Positions 1 through 9,789 of a stretch of 64,000 nucleotides of DNA are shown in pieces. The notes below the pieces were generated by a model, which ran no database searches, had not been told where the DNA came from, and saw nothing but the letters and a program-made list of their open reading frames with translations. The DNA comes from an uncultured Spirochaetia bacterium (GTDB taxonomy: Bacteria > Desulfobacterota_D > UBA1144 > Nemesobacterales > CSP1-2), in contig CAYMEO010000002.1 in NCBI GenBank assembly GCA_964389705.1, positions 4,318-68,317 on the forward strand. Direction: 5' to 3'. How positions within the stretch are numbered: the stretch's first letter is position 1; each line of letters opens with the position of its first letter. The position numbers and the translations under genes are program-made.

Positions 1-54
1 CTCATTATGGTTCCCCAAATTAATTTTAAAAAATGCTTACATTTGATTTTCCCA

Positions 55-540
55 TTACTCCGAGGGATACGGGGTATCGGTTGAAGGCTTTCCGGCGTAT
101 TTTTCGTCTAGGAATTTCCGGATTTCTCTAAGGGATTTTCCTTGTGCCATTAGGTACTTTGTCGTGAGTGCAACGTCTAGGCATATATGACACATAGTAC
201 CGTGTTCATCGAGAACGATTGATCCATCTTCATTTACCCTATTTATAAAACAGCTCTTATTGCTTTTGTGTCCAATTCTCTTGCATCCGCAATAACACGC
301 CATATGCTCAAGTACATCGGGTCTTGAAATGGCAAACTCATAGGCTTCCTTTATTTCAGGGGGAGCCGTATCAAAGTAATTTGGAAGCCTTATCGTAGAG
401 ACCTCTACGGGAGAGGTGCCCGGAGCCGCTTTGTTATACTTTTTAGACGCAGTAGTATAAGCCATCAGCCCGCCGGCAATAAAAAGAACCGTAATTGCGC
501 CTAGTAGGGCTTGCCTTTTAAAACTGGTGGATGCTTTCAC
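55..540 (-). CDS. Membrane-anchored PCYCGC-motif protein (DUF-type, function unknown)
   Basis: ORF track 55..564; start re-set to the GTG at 540, preceded by GGAGG and a 9-nt spacer. N-terminal hydrophobic anchor (LLGAITVLFIAGGLMAY). Conserved 'MACYCGC' cysteine motif typical of the PCYCGC family. Confidence 0.5.
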   Translation of the reverse strand: MKASTSFKRQALLGAITVLFIAGGLMAYTTASKKYNKAAPGTSPVEVSTIRLPNYFDTAPPEIKEAYEFAISRPDVLEHMACYCGCKRIGHKSNKSCFINRVNEDGSIVLDEHGTMCHICLDVALTTKYLMAQGKSLREIRKFLDEKYAGKPSTDTPYPSE

Positions 541-730
541 TAATATATTCCTCCGATAAAACACCTCTTAGTTTATTTCTGATTATAAATGAACACCTGA
601 ACTAACGGATAGTAAGGATAGTTTTTACCCGCTCTATTGTCAAGCTTGAGAACTCAAGAGATAATAAAGGGATTTTTTAGGGTATTAACATATAATATCT
701 CAAGAAACGCCGAAAAGAGATGGTTCAGCA

Positions 731-1381
731 ATGATTAAGGCTGTTATATTCGATATGGACGGGGTTATGATAGATAGTGAGCCACTTTGGGAGAAGACAG
801 AAAGAATACTGCTTGCAAAGAGGGGCATAGATTATAATCCGACATACAGGGATAAGATAGTGGGATTAAACCAAAATGATTCTGGAAGGCTAATGAAAGA
901 GACATTCAACCTGATTGAGACGGTTGAAGAGATTATCGCCGAGAGGATTGAAATACTGCTTGATTTATATGAAAAAGAATTAGAACTCATGCCGGGGCTT
1001 CTACCCATTCTTAAAGGGCTTAAAGAGAGTGAATTCCTTTTGGCTCTTGCCTCAAGCTCTCCGATTAGGGTCATAAATTTCGTTCTGGATAAGTTCTCAC
1101 TCAGGAAATTCTTCTCTGTGGTTGTCTCGGGGGATTTTATCGAGCTTGGAAAACCCCATCCCGACATCTATATCTACACTGCGAAGAGATTAGGAATCGA
1201 GCCGAGGGAGTGTGTTGTAATCGAAGATTCAATTAACGGAGTGAAAGCCGCAAAGGGCGCGGGTATGATCTGCATCGCTGTTCCGGATAAGAGATTAGAA
1301 CAGAGAGAATTTCAAATTGCTGATTTGGTTGTAGATAGTTTAGGTATGATCAGTGTTGAGGCAATTAAGAATCTAGGCTGA
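731..1381 (+). CDS. HAD-superfamily hydrolase (beta-phosphoglucomutase/phosphatase-like)
   Basis: ATG start. HAD motif I 'AVIFDMDGVMIDSE'. 216 aa with the typical HAD core/cap layout and a 'VIEDSINGVKAAKGAGM' motif III/IV region. Confidence 0.8.
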   Translation: MIKAVIFDMDGVMIDSEPLWEKTERILLAKRGIDYNPTYRDKIVGLNQNDSGRLMKETFNLIETVEEIIAERIEILLDLYEKELELMPGLLPILKGLKESEFLLALASSSPIRVINFVLDKFSLRKFFSVVVSGDFIELGKPHPDIYIYTAKRLGIEPRECVVIEDSINGVKAAKGAGMICIAVPDKRLEQREFQIADLVVDSLGMISVEAIKNLG

Positions 1382-1435
1382 AACTATACTTGACTTTGAA
1401 ATTTGACCTATTTAGAGTATATTTGTCATCACACT

Positions 1436-1831
1436 ATGAAATACCTGAGTCTTTTCCTAGTTCTCAGCGTAATCTTCTGCTATACCGGGCTTGAGGCAGG
1501 TGTATGTTACTCTAGTAGTAATGGCGTTGTCTCGGATATGAATATGAAAAACTGCCACGCAAGCCAGCCAAATAAAATTTCCGGCGCTAAATCTGTAACA
1601 GGTACTTACAAAATCACTGGTATAATGGATCATAAAGTGTGTGTGTGTTATGATGTGGTTCTTAATGCTCCCAACAGCCATATAGTAAAGAGCATTGTTT
1701 TATATCCTCTAGCATTTGATATTCCTATCCTACAAATCAATAGAGTCCCTAGTTTTTCCTTAAATCTTGCGCTAAAAGCGCAATACCGACCGCCTGATTT
1801 ATTCTTGGCAAATTCATCCCTTCTACTATAA
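1436..1831 (+). CDS. Hypothetical small secreted Cys-containing protein
   Basis: ORF track starts at a TTG at 1403. The internal ATG at 1436 gives a signal-peptide-like N-terminus (MKYLSLFLVLSVIFCYTG). No recognisable RBS, AT-rich, and no family recognised. Confidence 0.25.
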   Translation: MKYLSLFLVLSVIFCYTGLEAGVCYSSSNGVVSDMNMKNCHASQPNKISGAKSVTGTYKITGIMDHKVCVCYDVVLNAPNSHIVKSIVLYPLAFDIPILQINRVPSFSLNLALKAQYRPPDLFLANSSLLL

Positions 1832-1974
1832 ATTCCTACTTCTGGTCCAATCTCTGCTTAGTGGTATAGCTGCTAAGGCATATCACTTTTTTAACCATGT
1901 TTTCTGGCAGAGATAGGACAAACGAATAAATCCCTGTTTAAAAATTAAAAATAAAAAACTGGAGGTATACAGCC

Positions 1975-2406
1975 ATGAGGAAAAGTGGTAGTGGCAAAAA
2001 GATAATTTGGGGAATCGGCACTTTGCTTGGCTTGTTGATTTCCTTGGTCGTTATAGGATGTGCAAGCACAAAAGGAGAGTTCATCAAGTTTAGCACCGAG
2101 ATTTACCCACCAAAATCGGAAGCCCAAGAGATTCTACTTACTCAGGATGATATTAATAAACCCTACAAAGAGATTGCTCTTGTGAAAGCAAATGGGAGTC
2201 GGTTTAGCAATGAGGGGGAATGCTTTGAGAAAATACGTCAGATTGCCAGAGAAGTCGGTGCCGATGCAGTTATAAAAGCACATGTGGAAGAAAAAGAAAG
2301 GTTAGTTCATTCCCGGATCTCAAATAAGCCTCCTGAAACCGTGATATATAAGGTAAAAGAACCAGTTTGTGAGGGAACTGCTGTTGTATTTACGAAGAAT
2401 GGGTGA
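1975..2406 (+). CDS. Hypothetical lipoprotein
   Basis: GGAGG RBS 8 nt upstream of the ATG. Signal peptide followed by a lipobox (LVVIGC|AS). 143 aa, no family recognised. Confidence 0.5.
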   Translation: MRKSGSGKKIIWGIGTLLGLLISLVVIGCASTKGEFIKFSTEIYPPKSEAQEILLTQDDINKPYKEIALVKANGSRFSNEGECFEKIRQIAREVGADAVIKAHVEEKERLVHSRISNKPPETVIYKVKEPVCEGTAVVFTKNG

Positions 2407-2423
2407 CAACTAAGTTAAAACCC

Positions 2424-2452
2424 CCTCCCGGATATAAACTCTGGGGGGGAGG
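2424..2452 (+). terminator. GC-rich hairpin downstream of the lipoprotein gene (putative terminator)
   Basis: CCTCCC (2424-2429) can pair with GGGAGG (2447-2452) within a C/G-rich run 'aaaaccccctcccgg...ctgggggggagg'. The pairing is imperfect and there is no clear T-tract. Confidence 0.3.
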
Positions 2453-2511
2453 CTTCTATAGTTATAAAAGGAAAATAGAATCAAAAAGTCTCAAAAATGG
2501 AGGAACTATCA

Positions 2512-3825
2512 ATGGTTAAACCTAGTAAGCCAATTACAGTTTTGGGAATACTCGCGTTTTTACTTTCTTTCTCGACTGCTTTTGGAGAGACTGAGGCTAC
2601 AATTGGGCTTGATGCTTTTGCCGAGGAGAGCGCGAGTCTTAAATCCCTCATTGAAGAAGCTCTAGCCAATAACCCTGAAATAAAAGCGGCAAGGGCTAAA
2701 TGGGAGGCTTCAACTAAGCGCCCATCTCAGGTAAGCACACTTCCAAACCCTACGATAGAAGTCGGCTATACAAACGTCAGTTTTGATAGACTCACGCTCG
2801 GAAAAGATAACTTTGCAGAGCTTGAAATCTCCGCTTCTCAAGAGTTTCCATTTCCCGGTAAGCTCTCCCTTAAGGAAAAGATTGCAGAAAAAGAAGCCGA
2901 GGCTGAGAGACAGTTTTTAGAAGCCACGGTAAAAAAAGTTACTGCCGACCTTAAAGAGGCTTATTACGACTGGTACTTAGTAAGTAAATCTATAGAGATC
3001 ACTTCAAAGAATAAAGACCTCCTCGAGAAATTTGTACGAATTGCCGAAGCTAAGTATAAAGTAGGAAAAGGAATACAGCAAGACATAATAAGATCCCAGG
3101 TAGAACTCTCAGGGTTTATTGAAAGACTAGAGCTTTTAAACCAGAAGAAAGAGATTATAGAAGCCAAGATAAGGAGCATTCTTAACCGTCCGCCCGATTC
3201 TCCAATTGGAAAACCCGAGGAGATAAAAAAGTCTGAGCTTAGACTCTCATTAGGCGAACTCTACGGGCTTGTAGAGAGTGAGAGTCCGATACTTAGGGCA
3301 AAGAGCAGTCTTATTGAAAGAAACAGCAAGGCCTTGGAACTCGCAAAGAAGGGATATTTACCTGATTTCGTAGCGGAGTTTGATTGGTTCGATCGAGGAA
3401 AGTTCACAAATGGAGGAGATTTTGCCGATATGTGGCAGATAAGGGTTGGCTTTATAGTTCCGCTTTACTTCTGGAGAAAGGAGAAGTTTAGAGTCGAAGA
3501 AGCGGTATCAGAGCTTAAAGAGGCAAAAGAGGGATATAACAGCACAAGTCAAGATCTATATTTCACTATAAAAGATGAATACATCAAAGCCAAAACATCA
3601 GAGAAACTTCTAGACCTCTACTCCAAGGGAATAATTCCACAGGCTGTTCACTCACTTGACTCTGCGATTGCCGGATATGAGGTTGGAAAAATTGATTTCC
3701 TTACGCTTCTAGATAATATTGCCACGCTCTTTAATTATGAGCTTGCATACCATACTCAACTTGTGGAGTACGAGAAGGCTTTAGCGAGGATTGAGGAGAA
3801 TATCGGGAGGGCTCTAATTCAATAA
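2512..3825 (+). CDS. Outer-membrane efflux protein (TolC/CusC/CzcC family) of the heavy-metal RND system
   Basis: Start re-set to the ATG at 2512 (GGAGG with an 8-nt spacer). Signal peptide is present. Two OEP-type repeats. First gene of the OMF/MFP/RND triad. Confidence 0.8.
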   Translation: MVKPSKPITVLGILAFLLSFSTAFGETEATIGLDAFAEESASLKSLIEEALANNPEIKAARAKWEASTKRPSQVSTLPNPTIEVGYTNVSFDRLTLGKDNFAELEISASQEFPFPGKLSLKEKIAEKEAEAERQFLEATVKKVTADLKEAYYDWYLVSKSIEITSKNKDLLEKFVRIAEAKYKVGKGIQQDIIRSQVELSGFIERLELLNQKKEIIEAKIRSILNRPPDSPIGKPEEIKKSELRLSLGELYGLVESESPILRAKSSLIERNSKALELAKKGYLPDFVAEFDWFDRGKFTNGGDFADMWQIRVGFIVPLYFWRKEKFRVEEAVSELKEAKEGYNSTSQDLYFTIKDEYIKAKTSEKLLDLYSKGIIPQAVHSLDSAIAGYEVGKIDFLTLLDNIATLFNYELAYHTQLVEYEKALARIEENIGRALIQ

Positions 3826-3838
3826 TGAGGAGGTTAAA

Positions 3839-5476
3839 ATGACGAAGAAAAAGATAATTAAATTAGGAGCCGTAACAGTTCTGGTCCTGCTTGTTCTGAC
3901 CCTTGGTTTCTCTTATGTCTCAACAAGGCTAAAGGGAGAAGGCAGAGGAAAAGACACAGTTCAAAATTCTTCTCAGGAAATGCGGGGAATGAAAGGAATG
4001 CAAAGTGAGGGCAAATCTCAAGGGCAAATGCCGGGGAACGGAGGTATAGATGAAAAAGAAATGCATTTGGTAAAAACGAGTGAAGGACAGATGCAGAAGA
4101 ATCGAAGCCCTTCTGAATTCGTAGGTATAGAGATAAGCCCTGAGAAGCAGCAACTGATGGGGATAAAAATTGGAGAAGTTGCTCCCAGAAGGCTGACAAA
4201 AAACATCAGAACCGTAGGGATTGTTGAGGAGGATGAGAGAAAAATAGATTATGTACATGTTAAATTCAGCGGCTGGATAAGGGACATGCCCGTATATGAA
4301 GGGCAGTATGTAAAGCGGGGGGATCCGCTTTTTACAATTTATAGTCCTGATTTGGTTTCAAGCGAGGAAGAGTATCTCCTTGCCCTCAAGGCAAATGATG
4401 ACCTTGGTAAAAGTCCCTTCTCTGAAATATCCTCCGGTGCAAGTTCCCTTCTTGAGGCTACACGGAGAAGATTTCTTCTCTGGGACATTCCCGAGAGTGA
4501 ATTAAAAAGGGTTGCAAGAACCGGAAAACCACTTACGTATATGACCATCTACTCCCATATAAATGGCTATATTACAAAAAGAATGAAGTTCCCCGGAATG
4601 CATATCGCAGAAGGAGAAAATGTTGTTCAAATGGCAGACCTATCAACCATATGGGTTCTTGCAGATGTTTATGAGTATGAACTTCCTCTGATTAAAAAGG
4701 GAGATATAGCAACTCTTGAACTCTCCTATTATCCTGGTGAAACGTTTACAGGAAAGGTTATGTATGTCTACCCTACCGTTGACACGACCACAAGGACTGC
4801 AAAGGTAAGGTTTGAATTTCCAAACCCGGGCAACAAACTCAAGCCCGGGATGTATACCAACGTAACACTCCAAACCGACTTGGGTGAGAGGCTCTCCGTA
4901 GCTGAGGACGCTGTAATTGACACAGGGGAGAGAAAACTTGTATTTATCGCCTCAGGAGATGGATACTTCGAGCCAAGGGAAGTTAAGGTCGGACAAAAGA
5001 CTGAAGGGTATTACGAAGTGGTAGACGGATTGAAAGCAGGAGAGAGGGTTGTAAAGAGCGCTGCATTCTTCGTGGATTCTGAAAGCCGACTTAAGGCGGC
5101 GCTTGAGTCTTTAAACGGCGGTAGGGAAAAGAAGGTTGCCCTCGATGGAGCTCAAACGAAAGGCAAAAGCAATATTAAGATTTCATTCTCTACAGACCCA
5201 AGTCCACCTGAGTCAGGAAAGACTACTTTTAAGTTTAAACTCAACAACCCACGAGGCGAGCCGATTATGGATGCAAAGGTTAAATTCACCATCCTTATGC
5301 CTGCAATGCCTGGAATGTCTGAGATGAGAAGTTCTGCTGATGCAAGCCATATTGGAGATGGGGTCTATAAAGGAGAGCTAAACATACCCATGAGCGGGAG
5401 TTGGTCTCTATTAGTTGAAGTGCTTATGCCCGGAGAACCACCTGTGAATGAGAATTTTGATTTAAACGTTAGATAA
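3839..5476 (+). CDS. Efflux RND periplasmic adaptor (CusB/CzcB family) with Met-rich N-terminal segment and C-terminal YtkA/FixH-like extension
   Basis: GAGGAGG RBS. N-terminal membrane anchor, then a Met-rich run (MRGMKGMQSEGKSQGQMPGNGG...EMHLVKTSEGQMQ). Membrane-fusion-protein core. A C-terminal ~100-aa extra domain (KVKFTILMPAMPGMSEM...GDGVYKGELNIPMSGSWSLLVEV). Confidence 0.8.
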   Translation: MTKKKIIKLGAVTVLVLLVLTLGFSYVSTRLKGEGRGKDTVQNSSQEMRGMKGMQSEGKSQGQMPGNGGIDEKEMHLVKTSEGQMQKNRSPSEFVGIEISPEKQQLMGIKIGEVAPRRLTKNIRTVGIVEEDERKIDYVHVKFSGWIRDMPVYEGQYVKRGDPLFTIYSPDLVSSEEEYLLALKANDDLGKSPFSEISSGASSLLEATRRRFLLWDIPESELKRVARTGKPLTYMTIYSHINGYITKRMKFPGMHIAEGENVVQMADLSTIWVLADVYEYELPLIKKGDIATLELSYYPGETFTGKVMYVYPTVDTTTRTAKVRFEFPNPGNKLKPGMYTNVTLQTDLGERLSVAEDAVIDTGERKLVFIASGDGYFEPREVKVGQKTEGYYEVVDGLKAGERVVKSAAFFVDSESRLKAALESLNGGREKKVALDGAQTKGKSNIKISFSTDPSPPESGKTTFKFKLNNPRGEPIMDAKVKFTILMPAMPGMSEMRSSADASHIGDGVYKGELNIPMSGSWSLLVEVLMPGEPPVNENFDLNVR

Positions 5477-5492
5477 AGGAGTTAATGAAAAT

Positions 5493-8400
5493 ATGATAGA
5501 AAAAACAATTGAATATTTCTCCAGAGACAGGTTCATCGTTTTTCTTATAGTTGGGTTTCTTACGGCCTGGGGCGTCTGGGCTCTAAAGCGCGTGCCCCTT
5601 GATGCGATACCAGACCTCTCAGATGTTCAGGTAATAGTCTATACAGAGTGGCCCGGAAGAAGCCCGGATATAGTAGAGGACCAGGTTACATATCCTATTG
5701 TCACAAATCTCCTTTCAGCCCCTAAAGTGACCACTGTAAGGGGAGAATCAATGTTCGGTTTTTCATTTGTTTATGTCCTTTTTGAGGATGGAACCGACAT
5801 TTACTGGGCAAGGAGCCGCGTGCTTGAATATATGAGTGGGATTCAGGGAAGGCTTCCCGAAGGGGTTACCCCTGTAATCGGCCCCGACGCAACGGGCGTC
5901 GGATGGGTTTATCAATATGCACTTATAGATGATACAGGGAGGCATAATCTGGCAGAACTCCGCTCATTTAATGACTGGTACTTGAGATACTGGCTGAGGA
6001 GCGTCTCCGGAGTAGCTGACGTTGCAAGCGTAGGAGGATTTGTAAAGCAGTATCAAGTGAATGTAGACCCAACTAAACTCCTTGCTCTTAACATACCGCT
6101 TACTAAGGTCATTCAATCTATAAGGATGAGCAATAACGATGTGGGCGGAAGAGTACTAGAGGCTACGGGCAGAGAGTATGTGGTAAGAGGGAGGGGATAT
6201 ATAAAGTCGGTTGATGATATAGAAAACATCGTTGTAGATATAGATGAAAAGACCGGAACCCCAGTTTTTGTAAAAGACATAGCCGATGTGAGTTTAGGCC
6301 CTGATATCCGGCGTGGAATTGTGGACCTTAATGGAGAGGGAGAAGTTGTAGGTGGGGTTGTGGTTATGAGATACGGCGAGAATGCTTTAAATGTTATAAA
6401 GAGGGTAAAGGAAAAATTGAAAGAAGTAGAGTCTGCATTTCCTCAAGGGATTAAGCTGGTTACAACCTATGACAGGTCAAATTTGATCTCAAGGGCGATA
6501 CACACTCTAAAGCGAACACTTATTGAAGAGAGCATAATCGTAGGTCTTGTGTGTATCCTTTTTCTCTTTCACCTTCGCTCTGCACTCGTAATCATTTTTA
6601 CACTGCCTTTTGCAATACTCTTTTCATTCATTCCGATGTATTACATGAGACTCACATCGAACATCATGTCTCTTGGCGGTATCGCAATTGCTATAGGAGC
6701 TATGGTTGATGCCGCGATTGTGCTTGTTGAGAACGTGCATAAAAGGCTTGAACACTGGGAAGAAGAGGGCAGAACAGGAGATAGGTTTAAGATAATGATA
6801 GATGCCTCAAAAGAGGTAGGAAAGCCGATATTTTTTGCACTTCTTGTTATAGCCGTTTCATTCATTCCCGTCTTCACACTGGAGGCTCAAGAGGGAAAGC
6901 TGTTTAAGCCCCTGGCATACACAAAGACATTCGGAATGTTCTTTGCCGCCCTTCTTTCCATAACACTCACGCCCGCACTTATAACGATTCTTATGCGGGG
7001 AAAGATGGTTCCGGAGAAGAGAAATCCGGTAAGCCGATTCTTAATCTGGGTTTATGAACCTGTAGTCAGATTTATAATAAGATGGAGAAAAATAACTGTT
7101 GCCTTGGCCATTGTTATTTTAGTAATCACAATTCCGATCTTTTTTAAACTGGGTTCTGAGTTTATGCCCCCCCTTAATGAGGAGAGCCTAATGTATATGC
7201 CTCTTACCCCTCCTGGGATTTCCATTACAGAGGCTGGAAAGTTTATTCAGATTCAGGACAAGATTATAAGACAGTTCCCCGAGGTTCAAACCGTTTTTGG
7301 GAAGATAGGTAAAGCCGAGACATCAACCGACCCTGCCCCTCTTTCTATGGTGGAAAATACAATAACCCTAAAGCCTGAGGATGAGTGGCCAAAGATTCCC
7401 CAAAAAAGATGGTATTCAACGTGGGTGCCTGAATTTATTAAAAATATCCTTCGCCCTATATGGCCGGAGGAAAGAGCCATGTCCTGGAGTGAGCTGATTG
7501 CACGAATGAATAGTATGCTCAAATTCCCCGGCGCTACAAATATATGGACTATGCCTATAAGGAATAGAACCGATATGCTTATAACCGGGATTCGCACTCC
7601 CGTAGGGGTAAAAATCTACGGGAAAGATCTTGGTGTGATAGAAGAAATAGGAAAACAAATCGAGGCTACATTAAGAGATATTCCTGGCACGACAAACGTA
7701 TATGCAGAAAGGGTAACTGGCGGTTACTTTCTCGATTTCAATATCAAAAGAGAAGAAGCGGTCCGGTATGGGCTTACTATGGGGGACGTTGAGGAGATAA
7801 TCGAGTCGGCAATAGGCGGAAGTAATGTAACGCAAACTGTGGAGGGGCCTGAAAGGTATCCTGTAAATGTTAGATATGCAAGAGAGCTTCGTGATGATAT
7901 AGAGAGTCTCAAAAGGGTGCTTGTTCCTACACCCACAGGGGCGCAGATTCCAATTGGACAGATTGCTGACATCAGAGCAAGGACCGGACCAGAAGAGATA
8001 AGGGACGAGAATGGCTCCAAGGCCGCTTATGTCTTTATAGATATGGCAGGAAGAGACATAGGGAGCTATGTTGAGGAGGCCAAGCGGGTAGTGAGTGGGA
8101 ACGTAAAACTCCCACCGGGTTATTACATCTCATGGAGCGGCCAATACGAGTTTCTCTTGAGGGTTAGAGAAAAATTAAAGTTCATAATTCCTGTTACGCT
8201 CCTTATGATATTTGTTCTGCTCTATATCAACTTTGGCAGTGTTACAGAGGCTCTAATTGTTATTCTCTCCGTACCTTTTGCGCTAGTCGGAAGCATCTGG
8301 CTTATGTACATTCTCCATTACAACATGAGTATAGCGGTCTGGGTGGGGATAATCGCCGTTGCGGGACTCGCCGCTCAAACAGGTGTGGTAATGATAATTT

Positions 8401-8696
8401 ATCTCAATGAATCTTATAAAAAGAGGGTAAAAGAAGGAAGGATGAATAGCTGGGAGGATTTGGCTGAAGCGATTGATGAGGGAGCCGTCCAGAGGGTAAG
8501 ACCAAAGATGATGACAGTGATGACAATGATTCTAGGGCTCCTTCCACTTCTCTGGAGTCAGGGTACAGGGGCAGATGTAATGAAACGAATCGCAGCCCCT
8601 ATGGTTGGAGGACTTGTAACTTCAACTATTCTCACACTCGTTATAATCCCCGCGATATATGCAATATGGAAATGGAGGGCTTTAAAACGCCGATGA
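5493..8696 (+). CDS. Heavy-metal efflux RND permease, CusA/CzcA family
   Basis: 1067 aa, 12-TM RND architecture. Strong similarity pattern to HME-RND pumps (e.g. 'WPGRSPDIVEDQVTYPIVT', 'ALVGSIWLMY'). Lies immediately downstream of the adaptor gene. Confidence 0.9.
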   Translation: MIEKTIEYFSRDRFIVFLIVGFLTAWGVWALKRVPLDAIPDLSDVQVIVYTEWPGRSPDIVEDQVTYPIVTNLLSAPKVTTVRGESMFGFSFVYVLFEDGTDIYWARSRVLEYMSGIQGRLPEGVTPVIGPDATGVGWVYQYALIDDTGRHNLAELRSFNDWYLRYWLRSVSGVADVASVGGFVKQYQVNVDPTKLLALNIPLTKVIQSIRMSNNDVGGRVLEATGREYVVRGRGYIKSVDDIENIVVDIDEKTGTPVFVKDIADVSLGPDIRRGIVDLNGEGEVVGGVVVMRYGENALNVIKRVKEKLKEVESAFPQGIKLVTTYDRSNLISRAIHTLKRTLIEESIIVGLVCILFLFHLRSALVIIFTLPFAILFSFIPMYYMRLTSNIMSLGGIAIAIGAMVDAAIVLVENVHKRLEHWEEEGRTGDRFKIMIDASKEVGKPIFFALLVIAVSFIPVFTLEAQEGKLFKPLAYTKTFGMFFAALLSITLTPALITILMRGKMVPEKRNPVSRFLIWVYEPVVRFIIRWRKITVALAIVILVITIPIFFKLGSEFMPPLNEESLMYMPLTPPGISITEAGKFIQIQDKIIRQFPEVQTVFGKIGKAETSTDPAPLSMVENTITLKPEDEWPKIPQKRWYSTWVPEFIKNILRPIWPEERAMSWSELIARMNSMLKFPGATNIWTMPIRNRTDMLITGIRTPVGVKIYGKDLGVIEEIGKQIEATLRDIPGTTNVYAERVTGGYFLDFNIKREEAVRYGLTMGDVEEIIESAIGGSNVTQTVEGPERYPVNVRYARELRDDIESLKRVLVPTPTGAQIPIGQIADIRARTGPEEIRDENGSKAAYVFIDMAGRDIGSYVEEAKRVVSGNVKLPPGYYISWSGQYEFLLRVREKLKFIIPVTLLMIFVLLYINFGSVTEALIVILSVPFALVGSIWLMYILHYNMSIAVWVGIIAVAGLAAQTGVVMIIYLNESYKKRVKEGRMNSWEDLAEAIDEGAVQRVRPKMMTVMTMILGLLPLLWSQGTGADVMKRIAAPMVGGLVTSTILTLVIIPAIYAIWKWRALKRR

Positions 8697-8733
8697 ATTA
8701 ACTGGGAAACACATAAATTATGAGGGGTATCTT

Positions 8734-9057
8734 ATGATACCAAACAGTATATTCTCAAATATCCCCGATTCTTTCACCGAAGAGATCTTTGAAACCATTC
8801 TGAAGACAGACTATTTTAATCTAGAGCGGATAATCTCAATGGGTCAGGCAACGCCACCAGGAGAATGGTATGACCAAGATACAAATGAGTGGGTCATATT
8901 ATTAAGTGGTAGTGCGGGTCTTCTATTTGAGGGTGACAAAGAGGTATGTGTAATGAAACCGGGTGATTATGTCCATATCCCAGCACACAGGCGCCATCGG
9001 ATTGAATGGACGGATCCGAATCAAAAAACCATCTGGCTAGCACTGCACTATTATTAG
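8734..9057 (+). CDS. Cupin-2 domain protein
   Basis: 107 aa. Cupin motifs (PGEWYDQDTNEWVILLSGSAGL...GDYVHIPAHRRHRIE). Confidence 0.6.
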   Translation: MIPNSIFSNIPDSFTEEIFETILKTDYFNLERIISMGQATPPGEWYDQDTNEWVILLSGSAGLLFEGDKEVCVMKPGDYVHIPAHRRHRIEWTDPNQKTIWLALHYY

Positions 9058-9157
9058 GTGAAGAATTTGGTAAGCCCCTGTTCTTATCAACAGTTCGGGG
9101 GTTGAGACTAAGCATAGGCTAACTTTGGTCTCTACATTTTGTCTTCTTTGGTTGCCC

Positions 9158-9186
9158 TTGACAAACCCTCTTACGTGCTTATCATA
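9158..9186 (+). promoter_or_regulatory. Sigma70-like promoter for the DksA/TraR-family gene
   Basis: TTGACA (9158-9163), a 16-17 nt spacer, then TATCAT(A) (9180-9186). This is followed by RBS GGGAGGAGG (9199-9207) and the ATG at 9214. Confidence 0.4.
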
Positions 9187-9213
9187 TTAACCTCCGAGGG
9201 AGGAGGAAAACTT

Positions 9214-9789
9214 ATGGGGAAAGCGATAATAGGGAAGGCAAAAAAGACTAAAATGCGGCGGGATGAGAAGAAGCCTAAGAAGAATAAGCCGCTTAGAAAA
9301 AGGGCTTCTTTACAAAAGGTTAAAAAGCCAATTGTTAGGAAGCAAGGAGGTACTGTTTTGAAGTCAGTAAAAAAACCGGAGGCTGAGATAAAAGAGGGTA
9401 GGTCAATGGAGTCGGCTCAGAAAACGGATAAATCTAACTGGAAGGATGAAATGAGGGATATGCTTCTTCAGATGAGAAAGGAGCTTTTAGAGGACGTTTC
9501 ACAAACGGTTAAGGCAGAGTCGGATTATTTGAGATTTGACGTTGGCGATTTTTATGACCATGCCTCAAGTGATAGGGATAGGGAGCTATCTCTTACACTT
9601 ACTGATAGAGAGAGGGATAAGCTGAGGCTTATAGATGAGGCTTTAAGTAAGATTAATGATGGAAGTTATGGAATTTGTGAAAGCTGCGGAGATGAAATAG
9701 GCGAGGATCGGCTCAGAGCTATGCCTCTTGCAAAGCTCTGTCTCTCATGCAAGATAGATTTGGAAAGGCAGGAGAGCAGGAGTATCTAA
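9214..9789 (+). CDS. DksA/TraR-family C4 zinc-finger protein with Lys-rich N-terminal tail
   Basis: ORF track 9139 (TTG); start re-set to the ATG at 9214 behind a strong RBS. C-terminal '[26 protein letters not shown]' C4 finger of the DksA/TraR type. N-terminal ~70 aa is highly K/R-rich. Confidence 0.7.
   Translation: MGKAIIGKAKKTKMRRDEKKPKKNKPLRKRASLQKVKKPIVRKQGGTVLKSVKKPEAEIKEGRSMESAQKTDKSNWKDEMRDMLLQMRKELLEDVSQTVKAESDYLRFDVGDFYDHASSDRDRELSLTLTDRERDKLRLIDEALSKINDGSYGICESCGDEIGEDRLRAMPLAKLCLSCKIDLERQESRSI

Noticed and set aside
832-1167. 111-aa minus-strand ORF inside the HAD hydrolase gene
   Set aside because: It is antisense to a well-supported CDS, serine-rich and low-complexity, and has no RBS. 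Most likely a frame artefact.
3858-4258. Several overlapping minus-strand ORFs (62-113 aa) within the CusB-like gene
   Set aside because: They are antisense to a confidently assigned adaptor gene and have no independent support.
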